Part shown: piece by piece, positions 7,352 through 8,322 of the stretch
Layout: every line of letters begins with the position of its first letter
Position numbering within the stretch: the stretch's first letter is position 1
IMG/VR virus record: IMGVR_UViG_2547132274_000001
Source: a virus
Taxonomy: Duplodnaviria; Heunggongvirae; Uroviricota; Caudoviricetes
Reading direction: 5' to 3' (one strand)
Length of the DNA stretch: 8,322 bases
Program-made: the position numbers and the translations under genes
Notes under the pieces: model-generated
The model's input: the letters and a program-made list of their open reading frames with translations, nothing else
Database searches by the model: none
What the model was told of the DNA's origin: nothing

Positions 7352-8322
7352 TCAACCTACACCACAAGGAATGGAGTAACTGGAATAGTCGGGTTGCGCA
7401 GCCGACTCCGGGCAATGCATACACATCATCAGCGCATCAGCCAGGTTAGGAGATGGAATACCGAGCTTCTGTTTCATTTCGACCTTAGTCATTAGCTCCA
7501 GCTTCCCGTTGTTATTGAATTTGCGCTGAATCTGCGTCAGTTCTGCAAACAGCTTCTCCAGCATCTTCTCGCCTATCGCTTCTTTGTCGAAACTCAGCAT
7601 GTCGTCGGGGTCTGCATACTCACCGTGGACAACCGCCCGATATGTCAGATAAAGCCTGTCAGCCAGCGCGTAATAGAATTGCGCTCGATTATTGCGGAAC
7701 ACATCACCAATAGTGCGAACGTTGTCGCCCTGTACGACTTCATCGGCCCATGCTCCGGCCTGATACGGTGCATCTTCATCGAATGGCGATTCGCTGCCCT
7801 TGAACATCGTGGCGGTGATTTTCTTGCCGGAGAACGCTTCCGTTGTCTGTCTGCGTAGCCCGGCACCAACACCATCACCATCCCACAGGTAATGGTCAGC
7901 GCCGTCTTCAATCGCCAGCGAAGTAGCCCAGTCAGCACCCTCGTTGATGTCCATCAGCAGACCTTCGGCAATGCGCTTAACTACCGAACCGTGACGCGAT
8001 GCGTAACCTTTAGCATCTGGCCCTGTATCTGACGGGTCATGCGCAGAAACAACCGCGCCTTTCGCTTTCCATCCGAGTTTCTTGTGCGCATCGGTTGCGG
8101 CTTCAAGCCATTCACGTTTGATGATTGCCATATCACTTGCGCTTACCGGCTCACCCAGCCAGATGTGACGATACAGTGTCGGATTTCTGCGTTTACACTC
8201 TTCCATCTCCAGACGGAGAACTTCAGGAAAGTGCGGGTTGTCGGTGTAGTTCACCGTCAGCAGGCAAATATCATCGGGAGGATTTACAACGAATGTAAGC
8301 GCTCCGTCTGTAACGTCTTGTG
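7352..8322 (-). CDS. Terminase large subunit, C-terminal (nuclease-domain) part; 5' end lies beyond the window
   Basis: The ORF track starts this ORF at a GTG at 8254, but my manual translation shows the frame stays open upstream to the window edge (...QDVTDGALTFVVNPPDDICLLTVNYTDNPHF...), so the true start is outside. Lies immediately upstream of the portal gene, as in all P22-like and most tailed phages. P22 TerL is 499 aa, consistent with about 175 aa missing. Confidence 0.82.
   Translation of the reverse strand, partial: QDVTDGALTFVVNPPDDICLLTVNYTDNPHFPEVLRLEMEECKRRNPTLYRHIWLGEPVSASDMAIIKREWLEAATDAHKKLGWKAKGAVVSAHDPSDTGPDAKGYASRHGSVVKRIAEGLLMDINEGADWATSLAIEDGADHYLWDGDGVGAGLRRQTTEAFSGKKITATMFKGSESPFDEDAPYQAGAWADEVVQGDNVRTIGDVFRNNRAQFYYALADRLYLTYRAVVHGEYADPDDMLSFDKEAIGEKMLEKLFAELTQIQRKFNNNGKLELMTKVEMKQKLGIPSPNLADALMMCMHCPESAAQPDYSSYSIPCGVG

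Noticed and set aside
6-7858. All plus-strand ORFs in the supplied track (6..353, 536..739, 959..1171, 1905..2105, 2618..3004, 2842..3729, 3080..3517, 3623..3934, 3850..4137, 4115..4513, 4567..4899, 5182..5706, 5223..5408, 6118..6402, 6700..7047, 7304..7495, 7625..7858)
   Set aside because: Each lies wholly antisense to a well-supported minus-strand structural gene. They have odd compositions typical of antisense frames (Cys/Arg-rich, or poly-Leu opposite Gln/Glu-rich coding sequence, e.g. 4567..4899 and 5182..5706) and no convincing ribosome-binding sites. The gene-dense, single-strand operon layout leaves no room for them.
1581-7938. Minus-strand ORFs in alternative frames inside larger genes (1581..1790, 3789..3980, 4362..4700, 5838..6104, 6041..6232, 7645..7938)
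   Set aside because: They are embedded out-of-frame within the hub, coat, scaffold, portal and terminase genes. For example 4362..4700 is Arg/Ser-rich, as expected from frame-shifting an acidic, Gln-rich coding sequence. No independent start signals; treated as frame artefacts.
8252-8254. GTG at 8254 as the terminase start (300-aa ORF in the track)
   Set aside because: The reading frame stays open upstream to the window edge and a large terminase should be about 500 aa. The GTG is internal and the true start lies beyond 8322.
1-8322. tRNA/rRNA genes, CRISPR arrays, integrase/att sites, transposase or IS elements, toxin-antitoxin or defence/anti-defence cargo
   Set aside because: No such signatures found. 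The window is filled end to end by contiguous virion-assembly genes with no inserted moron-sized gap. The pac site of P22-like phages lies in the small terminase gene, which is outside this window.

Overview
The whole window is one co-directional block of tailed-phage morphogenesis genes on the minus strand, in the gene order of P22-like podoviruses (Lederbergvirus-type; phage or prophage of an enterobacterial host, GC about 50%). Reading 5'->3' on the minus strand: large terminase (3' part, runs off the window at 8322), portal, scaffold, coat, a 62-aa unknown ORF, gp4-like tail adaptor, gp10-like tail hub, and a gp26-like tail needle (5' part, runs off the window at position 1). The needle gene is missing from the supplied ORF track because it has no stop codon inside the window; I recovered it by hand translation. 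Genes are tightly packed with overlapping or near-overlapping stop/start junctions. Only two non-coding gaps exist: a terminator-like hairpin just after the coat gene and a 90-bp spacer ahead of the scaffold gene. All plus-strand ORFs in the track look like antisense artefacts. I see no cargo gene, defence or anti-defence system, RNA gene, CRISPR array or mobile element here. The points worth a second look are a mosaic tail needle, the small ORF between coat and adaptor, and the two candidate regulatory RNA elements. All homology statements rest on my recall of P22-family proteins and on synteny, not on a database search.
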